Source: an uncultured Acidobacteriota bacterium (GTDB lineage: Bacteria > Acidobacteriota > Vicinamibacteria > Fen-336). From it: DNA of 64,000 bases. The notes beneath the pieces are model-generated. The model was not told the origin of the DNA. It made no database searches and worked only from the letters and a program-made list of their open reading frames with translations. Of the stretch, positions 19,220-30,568 are shown piece after piece (position 1 is the first letter of the stretch; each line of letters starts with the position of its first letter). The stretch lies in the NCBI GenBank assembly GCA_963818355.1, contig CAWFSB010000039.1, positions 45,052-109,051 of the forward strand. The letters run 5' to 3'. Both the position numbers and the translations under genes were made by a program.

Positions 19220-21223
19220 ATGAAAGCCAATCCCCGCCTCGCGACTCTTCTTCTTGCCTCCTCGCCCTCCTCTCGCCTCCCTCGCGCCTCTCCCGCCACC
19301 CCCGCCCCCCGCCGCCTCCTCGAGCGCCAGGCCGAGGCGATCGACCTCGCGACAGGCCCTCGCCTCGGCCGACGCCTTCCGTCCGTACCCCACGGTCGCC
19401 GACCGCGCCGCCTGGGCCGAGGTCCCGGAGGCGCAGCGGCGGGTCTTCGTCGCCGAGGCCGAGCGGCAGCTCGGGACGGAGTGGGCGATCCTGCCCGCCA
19501 CCCGCTTCCTGGACTACGTGCGCGACGGCAACCGCGGCCGCTACGAGAAGCTCCTCTTCTCGCGCCGCGGCAAGCTCGCCGACCTCGTCCTGGGCGAGCT
19601 CCTCGAGGGCGAGGGGCGCTTCACGGACGCGATCGCCGACGGGCTCTGGCTCATCTGCGAGGAGAGCTACTGGGGCGTGCCCGCCCACGTCGGCGCCCAG
19701 AAGCGGGGGCCGGGCCTTCCCGACGTCACCGAGCCCACCGTCGACCTCTTCGCCGCGGAGACGGGGGCGCTCCTCGCCTGGACCGACTACCTGATGGGCG
19801 ACCGCCTCGACGCCGTGCACCCGCTCGTGCGCGAGCGCGTGCGCCTCGAGGTGGACCGGCGGATCCTCACCCCGAACCTCGAGCGCGACGACTTCTGGTG
19901 GATGGGCTTCACGCCGCGCGAGGTCAACAACTGGAACCCCTGGATCAACTCGAACTGGCTGGCGAGCGTCCTGCTGCTCGAGCGCGACCCCGAGCGCCGC
20001 GTGCGCGCGGTGCGCGAAGATCGCGCGGAGCCTCGACCGGTTCGTCGACGCGTACCCGGACGACGGCGGCTGCGACGAGGGGCCGAGCTACTGGGGCCGC
20101 GCCGGGGCGTCGCTCTTCGAGTCGCTGGAGCTGCTGCACGCCGCGACCGGCGGGCGCCTCGACGTCTACCGCGAGCCGGTCGTCCGCGCGATCGGCCAGT
20201 ACATCGCCCGGGCCTACATCGCGGGCGAGTTCTACGTGGACATGGGCGACGCGTCGGCGAAGGTGAAGCCCGAGCCGGAGCTCGTCTTCCGCTACGGCCG
20301 GGCGGTCGGGGACCCGTCCCTCGCCGGCTTCGGCTCCTTCCTCGCCGCCCGCCGCGGGCCGTTCGGCCCCGACGACGTCCCGCGCTACGGGAGCCTCGCG
20401 CGCGTCCTGCCGGCGCTCCTCCGTGCGAGCGATCTCGCCGCCACCCCGCCCGTGGAGCCGCTCGACGGCGAGGTCTGGCTCCCCGACCTGCAGATGATGG
20501 CGGCCCGCGAGCGGCCCGGCTCCACCGCCGGCCTCTACGTCGCGGCCTGGGGCGGGCACAACGCCCAGAGCCACAACCACAACGACGTCGGGAACGTCAT
20601 CGTCTACGCGGACGGGCAGCCGGTGCTCGTCGACGTGGGCGCCCCGGAGTACACGTCGAAGACGTTCAGCCCGCGCCGCTACGAGATCTGGACGATGCAG
20701 TCGGCGTGGCACAACCTGCCGGTCGTCAACGGCGTCGACCAGCAGGACGGGGCGGCGTTCCGCGCGCGGGACGTGGCCTTCACCCCCGGGCGCGACACCG
20801 TGCGCTTCTCCCTCGACATCGCGCCCGCCTACCCGCCCGAGGCGAAGGTCACGCGCTGGCGCCGCGAGGTCACGCTCGACCGGAAGCAAGCGCGAGGTCG
20901 TCCTCGCCGAGGACTGGGCGCTCGGCGAGTCGCGCGAGCCCGTCCGCCTCGACTTCGTGACGCCGCTCCGGGCCGACGTCTCGACCCCCGGCCGCGTCGC
21001 GGCTCGCGCGCCCCGCAGGCGCACTTCCTTCCGCCGGAGGCGAGCCGGGGCACGTTCTCCTCTACGACCCGAAGCTCTTCGTCGCGAGCGTCGAGGAGAA
21101 GGTGGTCGACGACGGCCGGCTCCAGCCGATCTGGGGCGACCGCCTCTACCGGATCGTCCTGACCGCGCGCGAGCGCTCGCTCCGCGGCTCGCACCGCATC
21201 GTCGTGCGCGCTCGGCCCGCTGA
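19220..21223 (+). CDS. heparinase II/III-like protein (at least 4 frame disruptions: ~19345, ~20010, ~20890, ~21000-21060; 3' end uncertain)
   Basis: AGGAGA is 6 nt upstream of ATG 19220. Pieces occur in ORFs 19160.., 19254..20960, 20236..21162 and 21102... Characteristic segment WGGHNAQSHNHNDVGNVIVYADGQPVLVDVGAPEYTSKTFSPRRYEIWTMQSAWHNLPVVNG. Confidence 0.7.
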
Positions 21224-21312
21224 CCGCGTGCTACGCTTCGCGCCGCCGCGTGCGGCTCGGCCGCATCCGGCCAGGCGTCCGCGCGCGCGCTGCCGAACTG
21301 CAGGAGGACAAC

Positions 21313-22119
21313 ATGGAACGACGCGCTTTCCTGGCCGCCACCACGGCGGCGGCCGTGACCTCGGCCGACGCTCTCGCCGGAGCCGCGGCTGCAGCCGCCG
21401 AGCCGGGCACCGCCGCCCGGCCGCAGATCCTCGAGCTGCGGCGCTACCGCCTGCGCAGCGGGGCCCTGGCCTCCCGCTTCGCCGCCTACGCGAAGGACGC
21501 GCTCGTCCCGGCCCTCGGCCGCGCCGGCCTCGCGCCCATCGGGGCGTGGAACGTGGCGATGGGCCCGGACAGCCCGACCCTCCACCTCCTCCTGCCGCAC
21601 CCCGACGCCGCCTCGGTGGTGACGCTCGACGCCCGGCTCGAGGCGGACGCCGAGTACCGCAAGGCGGCCGCCTCCTCGCTGGTGCTGCCGCCGGCCGACG
21701 CGCCGTTCCTCAGCTGCGACTCCTCGCTGCACGCGGCGGTCGCCACGATGCCCGGCATCGAGAAGCCGACCGGCGCCGCCGCGGGCAAGGACCGTCTCTT
21801 CGAGCTGCGGACCTACCGGAGCGCGACCGAGGCGGCCAGCCGCAGGAAGATCGAGATGTTCGAGGCGGGCGGGGAGCTCGCGCTCTTCCGCCGCGTGGGC
21901 CTCAACACGGTGTTCTTCGGCCGCGACCTCGTGGGCGCGGGCCTGCCCAGCCTGACCTACATGGTGGTGTTCGCCGACGCTGACGCCCGGGAGAAGGCGT
22001 GGGCGGCGTTCCGCGAGCACCCGGAGTGGGTGAAGATGCGCGACGACCCCCGCTTCGCCGACACCGTCTCGAACATCGACTCGTCGCTGCTCCGGCCGAC
22101 GGACTACTCGCAGATCTGA
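21313..22119 (+). CDS. Tat-signal NIPSNAP-family protein (two NIPSNAP-like halves)
   Basis: AGGAGG is 5 nt upstream of ATG 21313, internal to ORF 21250..22119. MERRAFLAATTAAAVTSADALAG signal. ILELRRYRL and LFELRTYRS repeats typical of NIPSNAP. Intact. Confidence 0.7.
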   Translation: MERRAFLAATTAAAVTSADALAGAAAAAAEPGTAARPQILELRRYRLRSGALASRFAAYAKDALVPALGRAGLAPIGAWNVAMGPDSPTLHLLLPHPDAASVVTLDARLEADAEYRKAAASSLVLPPADAPFLSCDSSLHAAVATMPGIEKPTGAAAGKDRLFELRTYRSATEAASRRKIEMFEAGGELALFRRVGLNTVFFGRDLVGAGLPSLTYMVVFADADAREKAWAAFREHPEWVKMRDDPRFADTVSNIDSSLLRPTDYSQI

Positions 22120-22122
22120 CCC

Positions 22123-22242
22123 TGTCATTCCGAGGAGCCGCGGGCGCTCTTCGCCCGTCGATCCCGAGGGATCCGCGGCTCGTCGGCGCCGGACTTGCGG
22201 ATTCCTCGGGACCCGTCGCGACCGAAGCTCCTCAGGATGACA
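22123..22242. repeat. nested-palindrome intergenic repeat, copy 4
   Basis: TGTCATTCCGAGGAGC...GATCCCGAGGGATCCGCGG...TGCGGATTCCTCGGGACC...GCTCCTCAGGATGACA. Lies between convergent genes, starting 4 nt after the stop at 22119. Confidence 0.85.
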
Positions 22243-22306
22243 ACCCGCTGGCCGAGGACGGCGAGCCAACGGCCGGCGTGCCTCGAGACGGCGGGCCGGC
22301 CAGCGG

Positions 22307-23656
22307 CTAGCGATCGGCGCCGGCGAGCTCCCGGATCTTGACGTTGCGGTAGGAGACTCCTCCGCCGTGGTGCTGGAGGAGGACGAGGCCCTCCGCCCAC
22401 TCGCCGTAGCCGGGCCACACCCGGTGCTTGCCCTCGGCGACGTGCTTCTTGAAGTCCTCGGAGCCCCGCTCGAACTCGAGGACCTTCACGCCGTTGAGCC
22501 AGTGCTCGACGTGGCGGCCGCGGGCCACCACGCGCGCCTGATTCCACTCGCCCATGGGCCGGACCGGCTTGTCGGCGGCCGCGCCGTACACGTCGTACAG
22601 CGCCGCGGTCGCCCGGACCCCGCCCTTGCCCTGCGCGACGTCGGGGTTGCCCACGTCGTCGATGACCTGGTACTCGAGCCCCACCGACGACTGGCCGCCG
22701 TCCGCCATGACGTCGGTGCGGACGAAGTACTTGATGCCGCTGTTGGCGCCGGGGGAGAGGCGGAAGTCGGCGACGAGCTCGAAGTCGCCGTACGGCCGGT
22801 CGGTGACGATGTCGCCATTCCCGGCGGGCGCGCCCGGCGCGGGCTTGACCGCGGACAGGACCCCGCCCTCGATCGCCCAGTGCTCCTTCGGGAACTCCTT
22901 TGCCTTCAGGTCCCGCCACCCCCAGGGCGTGTGCCCGTCCCACAGCAGCCGCCAGCCCTCGGCGCGCTCGGCGTCCGTCAGCGTGTTCGGGGCGAGCCCG
23001 GTCTTCACGGGCGCGAGCTCCTTCAGGCGGATGTTGCGCCACTTGACGACGAGGCCCGCTTCCTTCGCCTGGTGCACCTGGAAGCCGATGAACCCGGACC
23101 GCGTCATCCCGTCCGTGAGGTCCGAGACGGGGACGTCGTTGATCCACGTGCGCAGTCGATCGCCGGACGCCTCCACGCGGTAGCGGTTCCACTCCCCGAC
23201 CCGGAAGGCTTTCTGCGCGGCGGGGTCGTCCTTCGGGTTCGCGAGCCAGCCGCGGCGCTGCTCGTCGTAGATGCCGCCGCTCCACGCGCGCTCCGAGGGG
23301 TCGATCTCGATCTGGTAGCCGTGAACGACGCCGTCGCGGTAGCCCGGCTTCGACTCGCTCCGGATCTGCACGCCCGAGTTGACCTTCGGGTCCACCCAGA
23401 CCTCGAACTCGAGGACGAAGTCGGCGTACTCCTTCGGCGGGGAGAGGAAGCTGTTCTTTTCCCCGAGCACGGTGCGCCCGACGAGCGCCCCGTCTTCCAC
23501 CGTGTAGGCGGCCTTGCCGCCGCGCTGCACCCAGCCGGCCGTCGTCTTGCCGTCGAACAGCGTCACCCAGCCGTCGTCGGCCTGGGCCGCGAACGGCGCC
23601 GACAGCGCGACGAGGACGGCCAGACGAGCGCCGAACGCCTTCAGTCGATGGATCAT
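22307..23656 (-). CDS. exported protein with two tandem DUF1080 (3-keto-disaccharide hydrolase family) domains
   Basis: ATG 23656 overlaps the upstream stop as ATGA. Signal peptide [26 protein letters not shown]. Two units of the pattern GW..LFDG....GW......W.VEDG.L / DF.L..EF+....NSG...R / W....V...G....HWLNG. Intact (449 aa) inside ORF 22307..24949. Confidence 0.8.
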   Translation of the reverse strand: MIHRLKAFGARLAVLVALSAPFAAQADDGWVTLFDGKTTAGWVQRGGKAAYTVEDGALVGRTVLGEKNSFLSPPKEYADFVLEFEVWVDPKVNSGVQIRSESKPGYRDGVVHGYQIEIDPSERAWSGGIYDEQRRGWLANPKDDPAAQKAFRVGEWNRYRVEASGDRLRTWINDVPVSDLTDGMTRSGFIGFQVHQAKEAGLVVKWRNIRLKELAPVKTGLAPNTLTDAERAEGWRLLWDGHTPWGWRDLKAKEFPKEHWAIEGGVLSAVKPAPGAPAGNGDIVTDRPYGDFELVADFRLSPGANSGIKYFVRTDVMADGGQSSVGLEYQVIDDVGNPDVAQGKGGVRATAALYDVYGAAADKPVRPMGEWNQARVVARGRHVEHWLNGVKVLEFERGSEDFKKHVAEGKHRVWPGYGEWAEGLVLLQHHGGGVSYRNVKIRELAGADR

Positions 23657-24949
23657 GAGGGGCTCTCCTTCCAGACGCTTCCGCCGGGGTACTCGTGCGC
23701 GTCGAGGGACGCGGCCTTCATCTCGATCGAGTAGCCGGGCTCGAGCGGCGCCTGGTAGCGGGCGTTCACCACCCGCACCGGGTGGACGAAGTGCTCGTGG
23801 AGGTGGTCGACGTACTCGCAGTAGCGGTCCTCGATCGAGGGGTTGAGGGCGACGTAGTCGTAGATCGCGAGGTGCTGGACGTACTCGCAGAGCCCGACCC
23901 CGCCCGCGTGCGGGCAGACCGGCACCCCGAACTTCGCGGCGAGGAGCAGGATCGCGAGCACCTCGTTGACGCCGCCGACGCGGCAGGAGTCGACCTGGCA
24001 GTAGCCGAGGGCGCCCGCCTGCAGGAGCTGCTTGAAGATCGACGCGGTTCTGGGCCATCTCGCCGGTCGCGACCTTGATCGGGGCGATCGCCCTCGCGAT
24101 CGCGGCGTGGCCGAGCACGTCGTCGGGGCTCGTGGGCTCCTCGATCCACCACGGGTCGAAGCGCGCGAGCGCCTTCACCTGCTCGATCGCCTCGCCGACG
24201 TCCCAGCACTGGTTGGCGTCCATGCTGAGGCGGCGCCCGTCGCCGATCTCCGCGCGCATGAGCGCGGCGCGGCGGAGGTTCCCCTCGAGGTCGCGGCTCA
24301 CCTTCATCTTGAAGTGCGTGAACCCCTGCGCCATCGCCTCGCGGCACAGGCGCCGCACCTTCTCGTCCGGGTAGCCGAGCCAGCCGGTCGAGGTGGTGTA
24401 GGCGGGGAAGCCGTCGCGGCGCATCTCCGCCTCGCGCGCGGCGCGGGTCGGGGCGTTCCGCTCGAGGATGGCGAGCGCCTCGTCGGGCGTGAGCGCGTCC
24501 GTGATCCACGTGAAGGGCACGCAGTCGACCGTCTGCTGCGGCGTGAGGTCGGCGAGCAGCTTCCAGACGGGCTTGCCCTCGCGCCGCGCCCACAGGTCCC
24601 AGATGGCGTTCACCACGGCGCCGAGCGCCATGTGGACGATGCCCTTCTCGGGGCCGATCCAGCGCAGCTGCGGGTCCTGGGTGAGCCGGTGGTAGAAGCC
24701 GCGGAAGTCGGCGGTGATCTCCTCGAGGTCGCGGCCGACGACCAGCCGCTCGAAGGCGCGGGCGGCGGCGACGCCGATCTCGGTGCCGCGGCCGTTCGTG
24801 AAGGTGAGGCCGTACCCCGCGTGCGGGCCGTCCGTCTCGAGGGTCACGTAGACGGCGGAGTAGTCGCCGACGTTGAGCGCGTCGGAGCCGTCCATCTCGC
24901 GGGAGGTGGGGAAGCGCACGTCGCGGGCGCGCAGGGCGGTGATCTTCAT
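23653..24949 (-). CDS. fucD: L-fuconate dehydratase-like enolase-superfamily (MR/MLE) enzyme; frame disrupted near 24040
   Basis: [41 protein letters not shown]...[30 protein letters not shown]. It continues in ORF 23653..23961 ([35 protein letters not shown]...). This closely follows the L-fuconate dehydratase sequence pattern as I remember it. Confidence 0.75.
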
Positions 24950-25036
24950 GACGGCTGTCGACTATACACCGCGCGCTCCCGATCCTTGACGCGGTGCGCG
25001 CGCCGTCGTAGCGTCAGCTCCTCGAAGGAGGGGCCC

Positions 25037-25525
25037 GTGAGGAAGGTGCTCGTCGTCCTGGTCGTTCTCTTGATCGCGGGGGCGTTCGTGGCCGGCTACT
25101 GGCCGCAGCGGGAGAAGCTGATCGAGGCGCAGGCCGAGACGGTGGAGGCCCGGCGGCAGCTCGCGGAGGCCCGGACCGAGCTCGACCGGGCCGAGGCCAG
25201 GGCCCGTCTGGGCCGCCTGTTCGGGCAGTTCCTCGCCCTCGAGGAGGCGGTGCTGGCCTCCGACTACGCCGGGGCCCAGGCCCTCTCCTCTTCGTTCTTC
25301 AACGCCGCGCGCGAGGAGGTGGGCAGGACCGACGACGCCGCGGTCCGCACCGCGCTCGACGCCACCCTGATGCGCCGCGACACCGTCACGGCCGGGATCG
25401 CCCGGGGCGAGAGCTCCGTGCGCGACGCGCTCGCGCCGATCGCGCGGGAGCTGCGCCGCGCCCTCGGCTACACGGTGCCGTCGCTCGTCCCGGTGAAGCC
25501 GGCCCACTTGGAGAGCGGGACCTAG
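25037..25525 (+). CDS. membrane-anchored hypothetical protein (N-terminal TM helix plus helical region)
   Basis: AAGGAGGGG is 3 nt upstream of GTG 25037. VRKVLVVLVVLLIAGAFVAGYW, then an Ala/Glu/Arg-rich helical segment. Ends at 25525 in the frame of ORF 24032..25525. Confidence 0.5.
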   Translation: MRKVLVVLVVLLIAGAFVAGYWPQREKLIEAQAETVEARRQLAEARTELDRAEARARLGRLFGQFLALEEAVLASDYAGAQALSSSFFNAAREEVGRTDDAAVRTALDATLMRRDTVTAGIARGESSVRDALAPIARELRRALGYTVPSLVPVKPAHLESGT

Positions 25526-26710
25526 GCGCGGCGCTCGCGCGGCTCCGGTATCGCGATCGCGCGCAGCGCCAGCAGGAACGCGACCGCCGGGGGGAAGGCC
25601 GCGAGACGGTAGATCGTCCCGAGGTCGAGGCCGGAGCGCAGGAGGCCCGCCGAGAAGGAGCCCACGCCGACCCCCGCGCAGAGGGCCGCGTACATCGCCG
25701 AGGAGACCCAGGACCGGTGCGCGGGGAAGCGCCGGCCGGCCAGGCCCATGGCGAGGGGAAGGACCGCCGAGCAGCCCAGGCCGCCCAGGGCGTAGAGGAG
25801 CACGGCGCGGCGCGGCGTCGTGGACAGCGGGACGAGCAGGCAGGCCCCGGCCATGAGCGCGGCGAGCACGGGCAGCACCCGCTCTGGCGGCACGCGGAGC
25901 ACGACCGCGGCCACGGCGAAGCGGCCGACGGTGAGCGCGGCCCAGAAGGCAGCCAGGGCGAGGCCGGCGGCGGCCACGTCGAGCCCGCGTTCCTCGGTGA
26001 GGTGCAGCACCGCCCAGTTGGCGTAGACGGACTCGCTGACGCCGTAGAGGAACGCGATCGCCAGGAAGAGCCTCAGCCCCGCGTCCCCGATCGGCCGCGA
26101 GCGGACTTCGCCCCGCACCTCGGGCTCAGGCAGCTCCTCGCGCTCGACCGTGACCAGGAGCGCCGCGTTCGCGAGGAAGAGGAGGAGGGGCACCGCCAGC
26201 CAGGCGCCGCGAGCCAGGGCGGCGCCGGCCAGCAGGGGAGTGATCGCCAGGCCCACCCCCACCGTCGCGTGCATGGCCACGACGGCACTCTCGCTGCGCG
26301 AGGGGAAGAGGACCTGGGGGTACGCGTTGATCGGGCCCGCCGAGACCCCGGCGCCCAGGCCGAGGAGCGCCGTGCCGAGGAGCGCGACGGGGTAACACGA
26401 GGCTGGCCGCCGCGAACGGGGTCGCGGCGAGCGCGGCCTGGGAGAGGGCCATGAACAGGAAGCCGAGGGCGAGGGCGCGTCTTGCGCCGATGCGCTCGAC
26501 GACGAAGCTGCCGCCGGCCGCCCCGAGGGCGGCGAGCACCACCAGCGGGACGAAGAGCGAGCCGTACTGCGCGTCGGAGAGCCCGCGCGCCCGCAGCACG
26601 GAAGCGCTCGCCGCGAACGCGGACCCCACCAGCCCCGTGACGAAGGACGCGAGAAGGACCGTCGTCGCCTGCGCCGTCCTCGTGGCCACAGCCGCCGAGC
26701 ATACAGGCAA
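25522..26710 (-). CDS. MFS-type transporter (frame disrupted near 26390-26410)
   Basis: The C part is ORF 25522..26280 and the N part is ORF 26126..26710. Both are multi-TM hydrophobic sequences. Start is TTG 26710 or GTG 26689 (MATRTAQATTVLLASF...). Confidence 0.65.
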
Positions 26711-26865
26711 CCCGGGGGGTCTAGGGGGGCGCAGCCCCTCTATCTCAGAGGAAGCACGAAACGGCCGTGGGCTTCATGCAGGCCAGTCCCCGGGCGGCTG
26801 GATTACGAAGCCAGCTTGATGAGCGGCTCTCAGGGCCTTCCAGGAGAGCGAGAGGACGCCCAGAT

Positions 26866-26888
26866 CGACCCGCGCTTCGCGCGGGTCG
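26866..26888 (-). terminator. hairpin terminator-like element (family CGACCCGCG..CGCGGGTCG-ATCTGG)
   Basis: Minus strand reads CGACCCGCGC-gaa-GCGCGGGTCG followed by ATCTGGG, 4 nt after the lipoprotein stop. No U-tract. Confidence 0.55.
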
Positions 26889-26892
26889 TGCG

Positions 26893-27519
26893 TCAAAACG
26901 CGACGTCGACCGCCTGGCCGCAGGCGGTGCCGTTGGCCGAGCCCTTCAGCGCGCGGTTGAAGGTGACGCGGATGTCCACGTCGCACCGGCCCGAGCCCTC
27001 GGTCGTCGAGGCGTAGCTCACCGCGCCCGCGATGCGCACGGTCTGCTCGTCCGTCAGCTGGCCCTTCACGAAGCGCGCGTTGCCGGTCGCCGTGGTGGCC
27101 GGCGCGCCGTCGATGGTGAGGCCGGCGTTCGGCTTGCAGGCCGAGTAGCCCTGCGTGGCGGCGAGCGCCGCCTCGCCGGAGAGCTCCCCGTCGAGCGTGC
27201 CCGCGATCTGCCCCTTGTCCGTGGCGCTGCCGCCGGCCGGGCAGGAGAAGCTCTCGTCGATCGGGCAGGTGACCGCGCACGACGCGCCCGAGCACGTCTT
27301 CTGGCAGCTCAGGTTGCCGAGCGGGACGCTCTCGGACTTCTTTGCCGCGGAGCCCGTCACGACGCCGCCCAGCGCGGTCGTCACGATCTGCTGGGCGATC
27401 GCCAGCCGGCCGATGGCCGAGAGCGACGTGGAGGGCGCCGCGGGGGAGCTCCCGCCGCCGCACGCCGCCAGGCCGCAGCCGAGGATCAGGACGAAGCCGG
27501 TTCCGGTGGTCGCTCGCAT
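26893..27519 (-). CDS. Cys-rich lipoprotein, unknown function
   Basis: GGAGGAG is 4 nt upstream of ATG 27519. Lipobox MRATTGTGFVLILGC. Ten Cys in 208 aa. Intact within ORF 26893..27552. Confidence 0.65.
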   Translation of the reverse strand: MRATTGTGFVLILGCGLAACGGGSSPAAPSTSLSAIGRLAIAQQIVTTALGGVVTGSAAKKSESVPLGNLSCQKTCSGASCAVTCPIDESFSCPAGGSATDKGQIAGTLDGELSGEAALAATQGYSACKPNAGLTIDGAPATTATGNARFVKGQLTDEQTVRIAGAVSYASTTEGSGRCDVDIRVTFNRALKGSANGTACGQAVDVAF

Positions 27520-27652
27520 GGGTCTCCTCCGCACAGGCATCGGCACTTGCACACGCCGCGCCAGCGTCCAGTGGAACCTCCGGCGAGCCGACTCGGCGCA
27601 GTGAGGAGCCTCACTGGGGCGCCGAAGTGGCTACTCTGGAGTCGGTAAAGGT

Positions 27653-30446
27653 CTACTTCTTGGTCGGTCGGCGCTTGGGGCCGGTCGGCGCGACCTTCCT
27701 GGCGGCCTTCTCCCGCGGAGGTCGCGCCGCCGCGGCCGGCCGGGTGGGCCGTTTTCCGGCCGGCCGTCGCTTCCCGGCCCCGCCCTCCGCCTTCGGCTCC
27801 GCGGCGGTGTCTCCCGTCGCGGGCGCCTCGGCCTTTCGTCGCGGCGCGCGCTTCTTCGGCACCGGGGCGAGCGCGGCCGCGAGCGCGGCCTGGCGCGCCT
27901 CCTCGGTGATCTCGGTCGTCACGGGATAGCTCTCGAGATCGCCCGCCGGCTCGTCGAAGCCGCACCCCTCCGCCTCGCACACGTAGAAGGCGCCCGCCTT
28001 GCGCTCGCGCACGAGCACGAAGGCCGTCCCGCACTTCGGGCAGGGCATGGGGATCGGCCGCGCGCGGAAGTTGCGGTTGCACTCCGGGTAGCGCGAGCAG
28101 CCGTAGAACGGGCCGAAGCGGCCCTTGCGCTCGAGGATCTGGCCCAGGTTGCACTCCGGGCAGGTGACGCCGGTGAGCGACACCGGCTTCGGCGGCTTGT
28201 AGCGGCAGTTGGGGTAGTTCGCGCAGGACACGTACTCGCCGAAGCGGCCGTGCCGCTTCACGAGGTCGTGCCCGCAGACGGGGCACTTCTCTCCCGTGGG
28301 CTCGGCCGGCCGAGCCTCCGCCTTGCCCCCCTGGATCGACACGGAGATCGCGTTGCGGCACTTCGGGTACGCGGTGCAGCCGAGGAAGGCCGAGCCGTTC
28401 TTCCCGGTGCGCAGGCGCATCGGGCTCCCGCACTCCTCGCAGATCTGCCCCTCGAGCTCGCTCGGGTCCAACGGGTCCTCCTCCGTCTCCGGGATGTCGA
28501 CGGTCCAGGTGCACTCCGGGTAGCCGGAGCAGGCCACGAAGAGGCCGGCCTTGCCCATCCGAAGCTTCAGCGGGTGGCCGCTCTCCGGGCACTTGTCGCC
28601 GGGGTCGTTCGTGAGCTTGAAGTCCGTGAACGCCGCGCGCACCAGCGGCATCTCGAGGCCTGCCTTCACCGAGTGCATCTTCTTCTTCGCGCGGTCGCGG
28701 TCCTTCGAGAACTTGCCGTCGAAGTCCCGCAGGGCCTGGCGCCAGTCGACCTTGCCCTCCTCGACCTCGTCGAGCTCCTCCTCCATCCGGGCGGTGTACT
28801 CGGTCTGGAAGAACTCCTCGAAGCCCTCCTTCATGAGGTCCACGACCAGGCGGCCGAGGGGCGTCGGGATGAAGCGGCGGTCCTTCTTGTGGACGTACTC
28901 GCGCTGCTCGATCTTCCGCAGGGTGTCGGCGTACGTGGAGGGCCGGCCGATGCCGTTCTCCTCCATGAACTTCACGAGCGAGGCCTCGTTGAAGCGCGGG
29001 GGCGGCTGCGTCTCGTGCCCCTCCGCCCTCGCCTCGCGCAGCTCCGGAGAGTCGCCCTCGACGAGGGCGGGGAGGCGCACCTTCGACTCGTCGCCTTCGC
29101 CCTCCTCCTCCGGCGCGTTCTGGGCCCCGGTCTCGGCGACCTGGCCGTAGAGGCGCAGGAAGCCGGGGTCCCGGAGCACGGAGCCGGTCGCGCGCAGGAC
29201 GGCCAGCTCGGGCGAGCCTTTCCGCCGCGCCTCGATCTCGACCGTCGTCACGTCGCTGATCGACGAGGTCATCTGCGAGGCCACGAAGCGGTTCCAGATC
29301 AGGCGATAGAGCTTCAGCTCGTCCGGCTCCACGTAGCGGGCGACGGCCTCGGGCGGAAGCTCCAGCGTGGTCGGCCGAATGGCCTCGTGCGCGTCCTGCA
29401 CGTCCTTCTTCTGCTTGTAGCGCCGCGGCTCCGGGGGCAGGCTCGCCTCCCCGTAGGTCGCGCGGATGTGCTCGCGCACCGCGACGAGCGCCTCGTCGGC
29501 GACGCGGACGGAGTCGGTCCTCATGTAGGTGATGAGGCCGACCGTGCCGAGCTCGCCGACCGGCTTGCCCTCGTAGAGCCGCTGGGCGAGGGTCATGGTC
29601 TTGCGGACGGAGAAGCCGATCGAGCGGGCCGCCGCCTGCTGCAGCTTGGACGTCGTGAAGGGCGGCGCCGGGTTCTGGCGGCGCTCGCGCGCCTCGACCG
29701 ACGCGACGCGAAGGGCGGAGGCCTCGACGTGCGCCTTCACCTCTTCGGCGGCCTCGCTCGTGGCGAGGCGCGGGTCGGTGCCGTCGAACTGGAGCTTCTC
29801 CCCGCGCCACGCGACCACACGGGCGGGGAAGGCGGTGGCGTCCTTGGCGAGCGTCACCGGGACCGAGAAGTACGGCACGGGAACGAAGCGCCTCGCGCTC
29901 GGTCTCGCGCTCCACGATGATCCGCAGCGCGACCGTCTGCACGCGCCCGGCGGAGAGGCCGCGCCAGACGTTGTTCCAGAGCAGCTCCGAGACCTCGTAG
30001 CCGACCAGCCGGTCGATGATGCGCCGGGCCTGCTGCGCGCCCACCCGGTCCTTCGAGATCTTCCCGGGCTTCTCGATCGCGCGGGTGACCGCCGACTTCG
30101 TGATCTCGTGGAACTCGGCGCGGTGGAACGTGGCCTTCGGCGCCTCCTTCTTCAGCAGCTCGTGCAGGTGCCAGCAGATGGCCTCGCCCTCGCGGTCGGG
30201 GTCGGCGGCGAGGTAGATGCGCTCGGCCTTGCGGGCGAGCTGGACGAGCTCCGCGACCGTCTTCTCCTTGCCGGGGACGATGCGGTACTGCGGCTCGTAG
30301 TTCTTCGCGCGGTCGACCGCGATGCCCTTCTTCTCGAGGTCGCGGACGTGTCCGTAGCAGGCCGCGACCTGGAAGTCCTTGCCGAGGAACTTCCCGAGGG
30401 TTGCGGCCTTGGCCGGTGATTCGACGATGACGAGGGAGCGTGCCAT
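27653..30446 (-). CDS. topA: DNA topoisomerase I with multiple C-terminal zinc-ribbon repeats and a basic tail; frame disrupted near 29880
   Basis: TOPRIM start MARSLVIVESPAKAATLGKFLGKDF, then DPDREGEAI. Active-site region GLITYMRTDSVRV. Several C..C..C..C zinc-finger units. Lys/Arg/Pro-rich tail. N part is in ORF 27486..30446, the rest in ORF 27653..29878. Confidence 0.95.
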
Positions 30447-30568
30447 GGGAACCGGGACACTCTGCCATGCCTGTCAAGCCCCCCCGGGGCCGATCGAGGC
30501 CGTCCGGGTGGCTCCCAGGGCCGTCGCCGACCCCGGACAGGCCAATCAAGGCGCTGATTCAAAGGCAC

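Noticed and set aside
30447-30477. TTGACA (30477-30472, minus strand) 25 nt upstream of the topA start as its promoter.
   Set aside because: With a 17-18 nt spacer the -10 position reads GGTTCC or similar, with no TAnnnT. I could not define a credible -10, so it is left unannotated.
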